Positions 1-11,227 of a DNA stretch of 64,000 nt are shown in pieces. The DNA is from Neovahlkampfia damariscottae (lineage: Eukaryota). A model generated the notes under the pieces. It was not told the origin of the DNA, searched no databases, and worked only from the letters and a program-made list of their open reading frames with translations. The stretch lies in NCBI GenBank assembly GCA_016618085.1, contig JABLTG010000030.1, positions 62,001-126,000 on the forward strand, read 5' to 3'. The first letter of the stretch is position 1. Every line of letters begins with the position of its first letter. The position numbers and the translations under genes were made by a program.

Positions 1-508
1 AATACATATCAATGAAATGATCAGTGATTGTTTCTTCAGAACTCGAAGCATACAATCCCCTTTTTGGAAAGTAATTAGCTCCTATACTATCTTTAGAAGC
101 ATCATATTCCTTCCCAACATTTGGATATTTTTTATTAACTTCATCTGTCCAATGAGCTAATACTTGATGATTCCAATGTTTGAATCTTTTATTTTCTTTT
201 GGATTCTCATACCAAATGTAATAGAAAACTTGCGCTTCTGGTTTAGGTGTTGGAAATTTAGATATTATATCATTCAATTTTTTAACTTTTTCGTCTTCAT
301 CTTTTTTTATTTCTTGTGGTGTTTTGTTGTTATTCTCAATTTCTTCCGCATTTTTTTTTATTTTATTATTTTCAATGATACTCTCCATTGTTTTTGTATT
401 TGTTTTTCTTTCTGAATTTTGATGTTTCAGTTGTAAAAATAAAGTAAATAAAAATGTGGAGGTCAGTAAAAACAGAAACAGAAAAAAAGTTGTTCTTCGA
501 CAAGACAT
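1..508 (-). CDS. MANEA: Glycoprotein endo-alpha-1,2-mannosidase (GH99), 5' part; runs off the window start
   Basis: Manual translation from ATG 508: MSCRRTTFFLFLFLLTSTFLFTLFLQ (type II signal anchor), then QVFYYIWYENP..KHWNHQVLAHW..DSIGANYFPKRGLYASS, matching the GH99 N-terminal motifs FYYxWY, HWNH and IGxxFYP. Not in the ORF track. Confidence 0.9.
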   Translation of the reverse strand, partial: MSCRRTTFFLFLFLLTSTFLFTLFLQLKHQNSERKTNTKTMESIIENNKIKKNAEEIENNNKTPQEIKKDEDEKVKKLNDIISKFPTPKPEAQVFYYIWYENPKENKRFKHWNHQVLAHWTDEVNKKYPNVGKEYDASKDSIGANYFPKRGLYASSSEETITDHFIDMY

Positions 509-618
509 TCCAATTGGTCAAATATTATTCCAATTCTTTTGAAACATTAAATAAAATATTCATTCACATAAATCATGAAAAACAAAGTAGGAGATTCCAA
601 CCAATCATTTTTCTTTTT

Positions 619-1253
619 ATGGATTTAACAAAAGGTGTGCTCAAAGCATCACGAAAGTGTTGTTCTCCTTTGAGCTTAACCATTAATTTAATAATAGTTT
701 GAATCTAAAAAATTAATCTTTTCTGTAACAGTGTTGTATATTGACACCAATTTTATTTTTTGGATTTATTTCACTACTTCTTTGGAATCCAATATTTTTT
801 TTTGGAGGAGCTTTTACACCAACAACTTGTACAATTATAAGTCGATATCCTTCAGGTCATTACAATGTTACCTTTATTGCTTCGAATTCTGTGTATTCAG
901 GTGTAAACAAAGATGTAGAGTTCAAACCAATTTATTTGAACGGGCAACATGTGCCATGTTTTTATGGAAATGATCCACAAGGTATAGATAAACATAATGT
1001 TTATTTACAACAATATGCTAACTCAATATTTCAGAATGTTTACTGGATAGGTATTCTTTTGGCTGCTCTGGTTCCTGGAAGTCTTGGTTCTGTATGTTTA
1101 TTAATTGTAATATTTTGGATGTTTTATTTATATATCGTTGGAGGGTTCAGTTTCTTTATGTGTTGTCTAGATCCAATCGAGAGTTTTGAAAAATTAAAAA
1201 ACAACAAAAAATACAAAGAAATGGAGGACAATAAAGATGAAATTTATTTTTAA
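619..1253 (+). CDS. Hypothetical membrane protein (2-3 TM), 1 intron
   Basis: ATG 619 lies just after CCAATCA (601-607). GT-AG intron 697-731 (35 nt) joins in frame to ORF 741-1253, which has hydrophobic segments. Confidence 0.7.
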
Positions 1254-1788
1254 ATCATCATTTTCATGTCATACCAAAGTTCTTGACCATGAACTACTTC
1301 AGAAGGTCCTAATAAAGAAACTGTGTTAAAAATATAATTTGTCAAACCCATTAGTTCAAATCCACAATTTTTATAAAATGATATTAAATTTTCTTTACAT
1401 AGTAAAAATATCCTTTTGATACTTTTGTGTTTTTTGATTTCTATCAGATATTCATTCATAATTTTTGTTCCTAATCCTTTTCTTCTTGCTTTTTCAGCTA
1501 CAACGACACTATGAATACATAATGTTTCTAAACTCAATAATTGTTTAATTTACCACCATTTTTAACATGTTCAAACATTGAATCATGTGTTAATTTTTCA
1601 TCATTAGAAAGAGTTCCACAAACGTATCCAATTATTTTTTCATTTTCATCAAAATGACCTAAAAAATAATCACCTGCATTTTTTAATCGATAAAGTAAAT
1701 TCTCTTTTGAAGCAGCTTCATCAGATGGATAACCTGCTTCTTCCAATATTGCAACTTCTTGCAAGTTTTTTTCAGACAAGATTTTCAT
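1250..1788 (-). CDS. GNAT acetyltransferase (arylalkylamine/polyamine N-acetyltransferase, Paa1/AANAT-like), 2 introns
   Basis: LEEAGYPSDEAAS, TLCIHSVVV, acetyl-CoA motif RRKGLG, LLCKENLISFYKNCGF, HGQELWYDM. Introns at ~1528-1553 and an in-frame one at ~1309-1347. Confidence 0.88.
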
Positions 1789-1805
1789 TGGTTCAATTTT
1801 GATTT

Positions 1806-2711
1806 TTATTTTTTTAAAAATTTGTCCATTGGTGATGCTCCTTTCTTTTTTTTCTTGTCACTTTTTTTTGGTGTCTTTTCTTTCTTTTTTTTATCACTTT
1901 TTGGAGTTTTGACTTTTTCAACTTTTTTGACAACTTCTTTTTCTTCTTCTGATTCAGATTCTTCTTTATCTGAGTCTTCTGCTTCTTTTTCGTCTTCTTC
2001 TTGTTCTTTTTCACTTTCAGATTCTGAACCATCATGTAAAACAACTTGTTCTTGTTCTTTTCTTTCTTCTAAAATTTGATGAGCAATTAACGCTTTAAGA
2101 TATTCTTCATCAGCTTCTTTGATAATTTTTTCTAATTTTTTTCTCAATTTTGAATCTTTTTCGTTTTTAAACTTTTCATAATCTTCTTTTGTGCATTGAA
2201 CATTTTGTGCTTTTTGATATCTTTGATATAAATGATATAATATTAAAGGTGCAGGAATAATGGATTTTTCAACTTTTTCACCTTTTGGTGATGTTCCTCG
2301 TTTAACTTTTTTTTTTTTTGGTGGAGGTTTTAATTCTGGAAATTCCTTGAAGAATGCATCAACAAGGATATTGTTTTCTTTTGCTCTTGAATTAAAGCTC
2401 TGTATATTTAAATGTTAAAATCTTTAATTTACCTCTTGTTCTTCTGTTGAAAGAAGTTTCCATTTTTCACCTAAATGTTTCATAACTTCATTTGGTGGAA
2501 TTTTTTCTGTCATTTTTTCTCTTTCTTGTGAGCAATGAATTAAATAACCAGATGTTTTTTTTGGAATTTCACCAGTTTCATCGAATTTTCTTTTCAAATT
2601 AACTTTTGGTTCTTCAACTTTATTTTTCTTATCTGATGAATCACTTTTTTTTTTATGTTCTTTTTTTCTTGATTTTAGAGGAGTATCATGTTTGCTCTCT
2701 TTTTTGCCCAT
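1806..2711 (-). CDS. HMG-box chromatin protein with acidic/Lys-rich tail, 1 intron
   Basis: PKKTSGYLIHCSQERE..EVMKHLGEKWKLLSTEEQ is an HMG box. An intron at ~2400-2431 links it to an open frame continuous with ORF 1806-2147. Confidence 0.8.
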
Positions 2712-2790
2712 TTTTTTTGTTCAGTTTGCTCTGTGGTAAAAAAAAAAGTTGAAACAATGGACCAATCAAATTTCAAATTCACATCAATTT

Positions 2791-4061
2791 TTATTTTAAC
2801 AATTTTTCTCTTAAAATGACTTCATATGTTCTTTTATCTTCTTTTGATTCTTCTTCCAAACCTAAACATTCATATGCATTTGATCTATCTCGATAAGCTT
2901 GATAGATTCTTGGATTCAGCAGAATTGCCTTTGAATTATCTTCCACACATTTATAAAATTCAGTTTTTCTGAAATATGCATACCCTCTTTTATTGTATGC
3001 ATATGCTAAATAGTGTGAATTTGGTGATGAATTTTCGAGAAATTTAATAATGTAAGTGAACTCACGAATGGCCATTAGATTATCATCAGTTGCCAATATG
3101 CATAATGCTCTTTTCATTAATGCTTCTTCCATCAATTTTTGAGGTTCAAAATCTTTAAATGTGATTAAAAAACTAATTTTTTACATTTTCCTTCTTGATT
3201 CTTTTGTTCACAAAATGCTTCAAAATTAGCCATAAAATAATGATATTCTGAAAGAGCTTCTTCATATCTACCAGCATTATAATAGGTTTCACCTAAAAAA
3301 TAATTCACTTCATAAATATTTGAATCTATTTCAAGAACTTTTTTAAATGAATCTATTGATCTCTCTGTTTCTTTATTTTTTTGAAAAATCAATCCTAATC
3401 CTCGGAATGATAATAGACTTCAATTAAACATTAATTTTTATGTTTCATATTACGCATCTTCTTTATATTCAATCGATTTATAAAAATAATATTTTGCTTT
3501 TTTATGTTCTTCTTCGATTTCATAAGGATATTTTTTTGTTTCTGCTATAGCTATATGTAAATAACCTAACCTAATATAATCAGATTTAATTTAAATAAAT
3601 ACTTTTCATATGGTAAATAAAAATCTTGTCTTAAATCGATCAAAGCACGATAATATTTTTTGGCTTCTGAAAAATTCAACAATTCAGAATTTACTTCACC
3701 AATTTTCAATAAAAAATTAAAGTCTTTCATTTTTTCTTGGTCTTCTTTGACAATACTTTCATAAATTTCAGATGCTTCTTCTATTTCACCAATCGAATAA
3801 TGAATATCGGCTTGTTTTTCTGTATTTTTTTAAAAGATATTTGTATATACCTTTGAAATTGTTTTTGAAATTGACATCTTTTGCCGTTTTTAAAACATCA
3901 ATTGCTTGTTGAAATTTTCTTTCTTTTACAAAACGATTTGCATCTGATATAACTTCACGTGCATAAGTGTCATCAATTGTTGAATAACTTTTTTGTAAAA
4001 AAAGTGTTGAAAATATTTTGAAGTTGTTCTTGTTTTGAACGAGACTTCTGAATCGAATCAT
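2791..4061 (-). CDS. TPR-repeat protein with probable mitochondrial presequence, 4 introns
   Basis: N-terminus MIRFRSLVQNKNNFKIFSTLFLQKSYS. TPR motifs YFLGETYYNAGRYEEAL, AYNKRGYAYFR and AYRDRSNAYECLG. GT-AG mini-introns join the ORF fragments. Confidence 0.8.
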
Positions 4062-4311
4062 TGGTGAATCATAGAACCAATGATGATGGTTTATTCTTGG
4101 CGCTCAAAAAAATTCTGTTGAGAAAAGTGATTTGTTCACCAAATTTGCAGTTTTTTTGATGTTTTTCTTCCGAAAAACGCCTTTTTAGAATCCGCGCTAA
4201 ATTTTTTCCGCGCCTCGGATTGGATGAATTTATCCAATGAAACCGACTTCAGTTTTTCTTCAGCAAAAGTAACGGTTTGGTTCAAACAAAACGTGTCAGG
4301 ACCGTCGTCTG

Positions 4312-6864
4312 ATGAATAAAAGCAAAACAATAATAAGAACTCAAAAGAAGGTAACAAAAGAAGTAAAAAGAAGCACATCAAAAGATAATTCAACAAAACC
4401 AAAAAATTCTATGGTCAATGACCTAGAAAACGGTCAAAATAACATCATGGTTTGTGTTAGAGTAAGACCTGAAAGTAACAATGAAAAAACATCATCAAAA
4501 AGAACTAAACCAATTGTAAATGTTGTTGACGAACATGTACTTGTTTTTGACCCGTCTGATGAGTCAACAAAAACTTTATCATCAAGAGAAAGAATACAAA
4601 TTGGAGCTAAAAAAGGAAAAGATATGAAATTTGCTTTTGATAGAGTTTTTGGTACCAACTCATCTCAAACTGAAGTATTTAAAAATTCAACAAAATTTCT
4701 CCTACCTGGAGTTTTAAATGGATATAATGCAACTGTATTTGCCCATGGTGCAACAGGATCAGGTAAAACTCATACAATGATTGGTGATGAAAGAAGTGGA
4801 CCTGGTGTTTTAGTGTTAACAATTGTTGAATTATTTCAACTTATAGAAAGTTCACGTGATGAAAAAGAATACAAAATACATGTTTCTTATTTAGAAGTTT
4901 ATAATGAACAAATCAAAGACTTATTGGTTGACAATTCAAAAATATTAGATTTAAGATGTGACAGTAAAAAAGGAATGGTAGTTTCTGGATTAACAGAACA
5001 TCATCCATCATCTGCAGAAGAAGCATTGGAATTATTACATAAAGGCAATCAAAAAAGAGTTCAATTTGAAACAGCAATGAATGCACAATCATCAAGATCA
5101 CATGCAGTATTTCAAATATTTGTTGAACAAAGAGATAGAACAAAAAACATCAAAACGAATGTTAAATTTGGTAAATTATCATTAATTGATTTGGCTGGTA
5201 ATGAAAGAGCTTCAAAAACCAAAAATGTTGGAAAGAGATTACAAGAAGGAGCAAATATTAACAAATCTTTATTGGCACTTGGAAATTGTATTAATGCACT
5301 TTGTAAAGCAACAACTAATTCAAAAACATTTATTCCATACAGAGATAGTAAATTAACAAGATTATTGAAAGATTCACTTGGTGGAAATTGTAGAACTGTA
5401 ATGATTGCAACAGTTAGTCCTTCAAGTCTTTCATATGAAGATACATTTAATACATTGAAATATTCAGATCGAGCAAAAACAATCAAAACTAAAGTAGAAA
5501 GAAATGAATTAAATGTAAATGTTCACATTTCAGAGTACAATAATATAATCAATGATTTAAGAAATGAAGTTTCAATTTTAAAAAAGAAATTAGATAGACA
5601 AGATAAAATGGTTGAAACAACACAAATGAATCAATTTGAAAAAGTATTTGAAGAAATAGAAAAACCAAGAAGTGAATTATTGAATTCATTTGATCAACAA
5701 TTAGAAATTAGAAAAAGAATAATGGATTTTGAAGAAGATATTCGTAAAAATTATTTTGAAATTTTGAAGAAACAACTTGAAATTAAGAAATGGAAACAAG
5801 AACAAATGGAAACATTATCACCAAATACATCATCTTATTCACCTAATTCAACTATTCCTTTTACCATTTCATCAAATATAAAGTCATTTTCAAAGACAAT
5901 TGAAAATTGTTTTCAATCAAATTTAGTACTTCAAACAAAACTTAAAGAGAATATTTCAAAATGTAAATATTTAGAAGAAAAGATTACAACTAAATTTACA
6001 CATCCACAACTTTCTTTAATTATTGAACAAGATATTAAATTACATGATGGTGCGGTTCAAAGATTAGATTTAGAAAGATCATTGATTCACAGAAATATAA
6101 TGGAACAAAGATTAATATTTGTTAAAGATTCAACAAAAGAATTTCTTAATCATCAAATGTCAAAAATTGAAATCTTTCTAATGGAAGATGCAGATTCAAA
6201 TGAAAATTCAATTGACTTTTTAAAATTATTGTATAAAAATTTTGAAGAATTTGATAAATTTTTCACATCAGATCAAGAACAACAAGATATTATTGCAACA
6301 CCAAAGAAACTTGATTCAAATGCATCATCATCATCATTACAAGAAAGAAGAAGTTTAAAAAAATCATCAATGTCATCAACACAAAAACAAATAGTTTTTC
6401 AAGAAGAACCAAAATTATCAAGGACTTCAAAATCTACAACAAGAATTTCAAGACATGGATCAAGTGATTCAACAAATCATTCAACAAAAGATTCAACATC
6501 TTCAGAAGATATATTCAAAAAGAGATTAGCAGAAAAACGAAAAAGTGAAGTATTAAAATCAACAAATGTTGTTTCTTCAACAAAAGATTCAATGATTTGT
6601 GAATCATCATCTTTACCAGAAATGGAGAAATTATCATTGGAGGAAAGAAGAAAACAAAAAAGATTAAATCATAAAGTTGTAAAATTTGATATTCCAACAT
6701 CAGACGAACCAAGAAAATCATCAAAACCACAACCTCATTATATGAGTTCAACTGCCTCTGCATCAATAAGAAGCAACTCAAAAAAATCATCATCAAGTAT
6801 TTTATTGAATAAAGAAAATACGTATTTGGGCAATCCACAAAAAGTTCAAATTATGAAAAAGTGA
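4312..6864 (+). CDS. Kinesin-8 family motor (KIF18/KIF19/Kip3-like), intronless
   Basis: VCVRVRP, FAFDRVF, P-loop GATGSGKT, NAQSSRSHAVF, LIDLAGNER, IPYRDSKLTRLLKDSLGGNCRTVMIA, followed by coiled coil. Confidence 0.93.
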   Translation: MNKSKTIIRTQKKVTKEVKRSTSKDNSTKPKNSMVNDLENGQNNIMVCVRVRPESNNEKTSSKRTKPIVNVVDEHVLVFDPSDESTKTLSSRERIQIGAKKGKDMKFAFDRVFGTNSSQTEVFKNSTKFLLPGVLNGYNATVFAHGATGSGKTHTMIGDERSGPGVLVLTIVELFQLIESSRDEKEYKIHVSYLEVYNEQIKDLLVDNSKILDLRCDSKKGMVVSGLTEHHPSSAEEALELLHKGNQKRVQFETAMNAQSSRSHAVFQIFVEQRDRTKNIKTNVKFGKLSLIDLAGNERASKTKNVGKRLQEGANINKSLLALGNCINALCKATTNSKTFIPYRDSKLTRLLKDSLGGNCRTVMIATVSPSSLSYEDTFNTLKYSDRAKTIKTKVERNELNVNVHISEYNNIINDLRNEVSILKKKLDRQDKMVETTQMNQFEKVFEEIEKPRSELLNSFDQQLEIRKRIMDFEEDIRKNYFEILKKQLEIKKWKQEQMETLSPNTSSYSPNSTIPFTISSNIKSFSKTIENCFQSNLVLQTKLKENISKCKYLEEKITTKFTHPQLSLIIEQDIKLHDGAVQRLDLERSLIHRNIMEQRLIFVKDSTKEFLNHQMSKIEIFLMEDADSNENSIDFLKLLYKNFEEFDKFFTSDQEQQDIIATPKKLDSNASSSSLQERRSLKKSSMSSTQKQIVFQEEPKLSRTSKSTTRISRHGSSDSTNHSTKDSTSSEDIFKKRLAEKRKSEVLKSTNVVSSTKDSMICESSSLPEMEKLSLEERRKQKRLNHKVVKFDIPTSDEPRKSSKPQPHYMSSTASASIRSNSKKSSSSILLNKENTYLGNPQKVQIMKK

Positions 6865-6882
6865 TAAAATTTTAATAAAATT

Positions 6883-9800
6883 TTATTTCTTATAATAAAC
6901 TAAATTTCCTTTAATATCTCCTGTTACCACTGAGTTTCCATCATCTGAAACGAAAATTGTTGAAATTGGAGCATTGTGATCTTTGTAACTTTTAACAAAT
7001 TTGTTATCTTTGATACTCCATAATTTTAGATCACCTTCTCTTCCACCTGTTAATACTGTATTACCTTCTGTGAATAAACAACTAGGGAGGGAGGAAAGAC
7101 TTAATTTTTTATCAACTTACTTTAAAGGTTCATTTGCATCAAATGAAGATAACACATTTCCTTGTGTATCATGAATACGAATTGATTTATCATATGAACA
7201 AGAAATCATTCTATTTCCATCATTCCCTAAAAATGAAATACTTGAAACTTTATGATTATGACCAACAAATTTTTTGATTGATTGTTTTGATCTTAAATCA
7301 TACAATAAAATAACACCATCTGTACCACCACTAACTGCAATATTACCAGTATTATCAAAATTTAAACAACTAACTTCAGATTCATGTTCTTCAAATTCAA
7401 TAGTTGGAACTTTTGCAAAAGATCCATTGGAATAACTTTTCCAAACTCTCACTGATGAATCTTTAGATCCACTTAAAAGTTGTCCTTTTGAATATTGAAC
7501 AGCTGTAACATCATCTGTATGTGCTGATAAAGTATCTAAAATTTTACCAAAATCTAAAGAATAAACATAACTAAATGATTATTAATTTCAATTTTTTCAA
7601 ACATATTTTCATCTTTTGATCCTGCAATTAAAATTGATTTTGATGAATCATTATTCATTGTGATTGATGAAATACCATTATCACCCATATCTGTTATTCT
7701 TCTCAATTGTCTTTTTTTTTCTAATGAATAAATTTTAACACTTGAATCTAATGAAGCTGTATAAATAATTCCTTTTTTTAAATAACAAGAAGTAATTGCA
7801 CTATGAAATATTATTGTTTAGATCAATTTAATTTTTTACTCTTTATGTAAATTTATCGTTTGATTGACTGTTAAATTTGATAAATTTGTAAGATAATTTT
7901 TTTCAATTTTGACATGTTTGTACAATACACTTGACTCAATTTCAAGTTTATTATCACTCGGTTTTAAACTATTAAAATCAAAATAGCCTGAAGTTGATTT
8001 CAAATTTTCATCATCACCACTACTTGATGAACCAATAGATTTTGAAAGAAAAATTGATGATAAAGAAATATTATTTGATAAAGTAACTTTTGATTTTGAA
8101 ACTTCAAATGGTTTTGTATTTTGTTTTGATGGATGTGGATTTTTGAAAATTTGTTTTGGACATTGACCAAATTCTCTAATTTGAGTTTCAATTCCAATTC
8201 TATCTTTTGGTGATAATTTCTCTAAATCAACAGCTCCTTCATAAGTTAAATGATGAAATAAGTTATTTGATTTTTCTGCTTGTTCTCCTCTTTGTTTGTA
8301 TCCAAAAATTAAATCTATCCAATGATGTAACGTTGATGATACAATTTCAGATTCTAAAGCCATTCGATTTTGATAAATAAAATCTTTTGAATCTTTTGCC
8401 CATGGTGGTAAAACAACATTATTAATTTTTTTTCCATTTGATTTTGTTCCTAAAGGTAAACTTGATGTATTTAAAAGGAAATCACCATTTGATTGGTAGA
8501 ATTCAGGAATTAATTCTTTTAAATCTGTAGGGTTAATTAAAACTGAATCCCATGTCTCTGGAATTGAATAAAATGAACGATCAGGTTCATCAAATTTTCC
8601 ATTTTGTAAATGTAACATATATTCAGGTGCTTGTCTCACCAGAAAATATAAAATATAACCAGGACAACTATAATGTGTTCCATAGAGAAATTTCTCATTT
8701 CCCCACATTTGTTTGTATCTTTGCTGAAATTGTTCTAATCTTTTATGATTCAATGCTCCAATTGGATTACTCAAATCTCTGAAATTTCCACGATAATTTA
8801 AATCAAGTGTGTCTGATTTATAGTTTGAAATTACCCACGGAAAAACAGGGTATTGTGTTAAATCATTAAATGTTCTATCTGCGATGAAATTTAGATACAT
8901 TAAATAATCAAAATTTGAAATTGAACCATTCTGCCATTTTTTAGTCATGTTAGATAAATCAAAAATTGAATCCGCTTGAAATGATTCTTGTTTCAATATT
9001 AAATCATAAAATAAATCTCTTTCTTCGACACTTTAGAAAATGATTGGTTTAGAGATAATTCTTACGTTCTAACACAAATAAAGATACTAGATGTTTGTGT
9101 GAAGATTTCAAACCCAATTTGTCTCATTACATATCTTCTTTTAACAACTCTTATTATATCTTTTAATGCATATTTTTGAACAGGTGTTGAAGAACCAATG
9201 TTATAAAATGGTTGAAAATATATTCTTTGATTGGACAAATAAATTCTACCTGGAACTTCAACCAAAGGAGAAACCATATAACCAACAGATTCTTTTATCT
9301 TTTGTTCACGAAAATCTTCAATTTGAGTTAAATCAAATCCAGAATTTTGTTTCTTTAAATTAAAGTCTTCTTTCAATTCATTAAAAATATCAGTTTTTGA
9401 TTTTCCGTATTTCCAAAGATAAAATATTGGATTTACTTTATGTTTAAAATCTTCAACTTTAATAAATTTTAAAGAGAAAATAAATTTTTCTTTTCCATCA
9501 TTTTTAATAAAATTGTATGGATGATTTTTTGAATCATTTTTCATTTCAATAACTTGTTTACAATTGAATGAAATTAAAGAATCATAGGATTTGAAAATTT
9601 CATGATTTGATGAAAATTCAGTCAAAGAGTCTTTTAACATTTGTTCAAAGGTAAATTTTAAAATTCCAATTCTAATATCATCAGGTACAAAAATTAAAGA
9701 TTGTGAACAAAAGTGCATTGATCCTAAATATATATTTTTTAATTCAAAAAAGTGTAAAAAATACCTTTTGAAAATTTAATTTTTTTTTTTTTTTTACCTT

Positions 9801-9918
9801 TTAAAGGATGTTTGTTTTTTCCTTGAAAATGTGTACATATGAACTCTTCATAATATATTTCACCTTCACCAAGAAGTAATAAAGAAAATCTTTGTTGCTT
9901 ATTAATTTTGGAAAGCAT
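6883..9918 (-). CDS. NSMAF: FAN/NSMAF-like PH-BEACH-WD40 protein
   Basis: N-terminal RFSLLLLGEGEIYYEE as in FAN. BEACH motifs WQNGSISNFDYLMYLN, DLTQYPVFPWV, YGTHYS, KELIPEFY, WIDLIFGYKQRG, then C-terminal WD40 repeats. Mini-introns include the tandem pair 9724-9797. Confidence 0.88.
9724..9797 (-). other. Tandem mini-intron pair (33 + 41 nt) with zero-length exon; candidate recursive splice site
   Basis: GTAAAA..TTCAAAAG|GTATTT..ATTTAG. Removing both units gives PLKG-SMHFCSQSL, matching the FAN motif GxLxxCSxS. Confidence 0.75.
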
Positions 9919-10067
9919 TTTCGTTGTATCCTCTAATTGGTTCAAACCATTTTTACCAATAAAAATTAATCATTTTTTTTCATCCAAAGTTCCATTTTTT
10001 ATCATTAAATTTTGAAAAAAAATGTATTTTATTTTTTCAATTTTTCCGATCAATAATTGTGAATTGA

Positions 10068-10906
10068 TCAATTTGAATAATGATCATCGTTATACATGGC
10101 TTCAAAATCAATAGTATTCTTTTCAATTTCCATAGTTGACCAATGTTGTTCAATTTGTTGAATGAAATCTTCTCTAACAATTTTACATCTTTGTTTTAAA
10201 AAATCTCCTTCGTCAATTCTCAAATAAATTCCTTCTAAGTTTCCCTTTGATTTATAAAATGATGATGTTTCTAAAAATTTCAAATATTCTTCTTTTGTAA
10301 ATTTTCCTGTGGCAATAGTTTTGATTATTGGAATTTCTGTTCCTTTTAATTTTTTATTTCTTTCTTGAATACTCAGAAATTTTTGATTCTTTTTATCATA
10401 AATATCAAAAGCAATGAAATATCCAGGTAGTTTATCATAAGCAACACTTGTTGTCATTCAACAAAAAAAAAAATCTTCTTACCTGTGTTTTGCATAAACC
10501 CATTCACCAAATAGAATAAAATGAGGTGAAAGAACATCATATAAAGATTTATGTTCATCTATCCATGTATCTATTCCTTTCCAATGAGTAGCTGATTTTG
10601 AAGTTATACTGAAAAATTGAGAAGAATTTAGTATTTTTTTTACTGATGACTTCGATTTTGAGCAAGTATTTTCAGAGTTTCTGGGTCTAAAGAAAGACCT
10701 AAATTTGCTCCATCTATTTTTTCTTCAATAGTTACAGTTTCTGTATAATAAGGTTTTGCTTCTGTTTTATCCATAAAGAGATCATCTCTGTCAACATTTT
10801 TACTGAGGACTATTAAGTGATGAGTTCTTGGAAATTTAATAAAGTCAGTGAGTTTTTTTGGTGTCTCTTCTTTCTTTGAATGTTTGTTGTTTTTCTTCAT
10901 TTGCAT
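10068..10906 (-). CDS. ATP-dependent RNA ligase-family nucleotidyltransferase (Rnl2-like/RNA_ligase domain), 2 introns
   Basis: KFPRTHHL, motif I EEKIDGANLG, QNRSH, motif III LFGEW, motif IIIa FIAFDIYD, motif IV LEGIYLR, motif V KIVREDF. Start placed at ATG 10906, just downstream of CCAATCA (10932-10938). Confidence 0.85.
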
Positions 10907-11227
10907 CAATTTCAAAGTTGAAAAATTGTTTTGATTGGAAGAGTGTTTTTTATAACGTTGAGATTTGTTGTGTAAATTCAATAATATTTTTTGAAGCTCA
11001 CTTTCGAGTGTTTTTGAAATTAAATAAACCAATGCTCAATTCTAAATAAAGTTGCACTGTAATTTGAGAATAATTCTTCCGATAATGTAATCTCATCAAT
11101 GATCTGAATATCCTTGGCATTGATCTCGTTCCATATGGACTCCTAGATAATTTTTGAAGTTCAATTCTCACTTTTTGCCATTTGTTCGCACTGTGATTGG
11201 TCGAATCACATCAACAAAGTTTTTCAA

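Noticed and set aside
1250..1253. TTAA sites as piggyBac target-site footprints
   Set aside because: No terminal inverted repeats or duplication; the TTAA is fully explained by two overlapping TAA stop codons.
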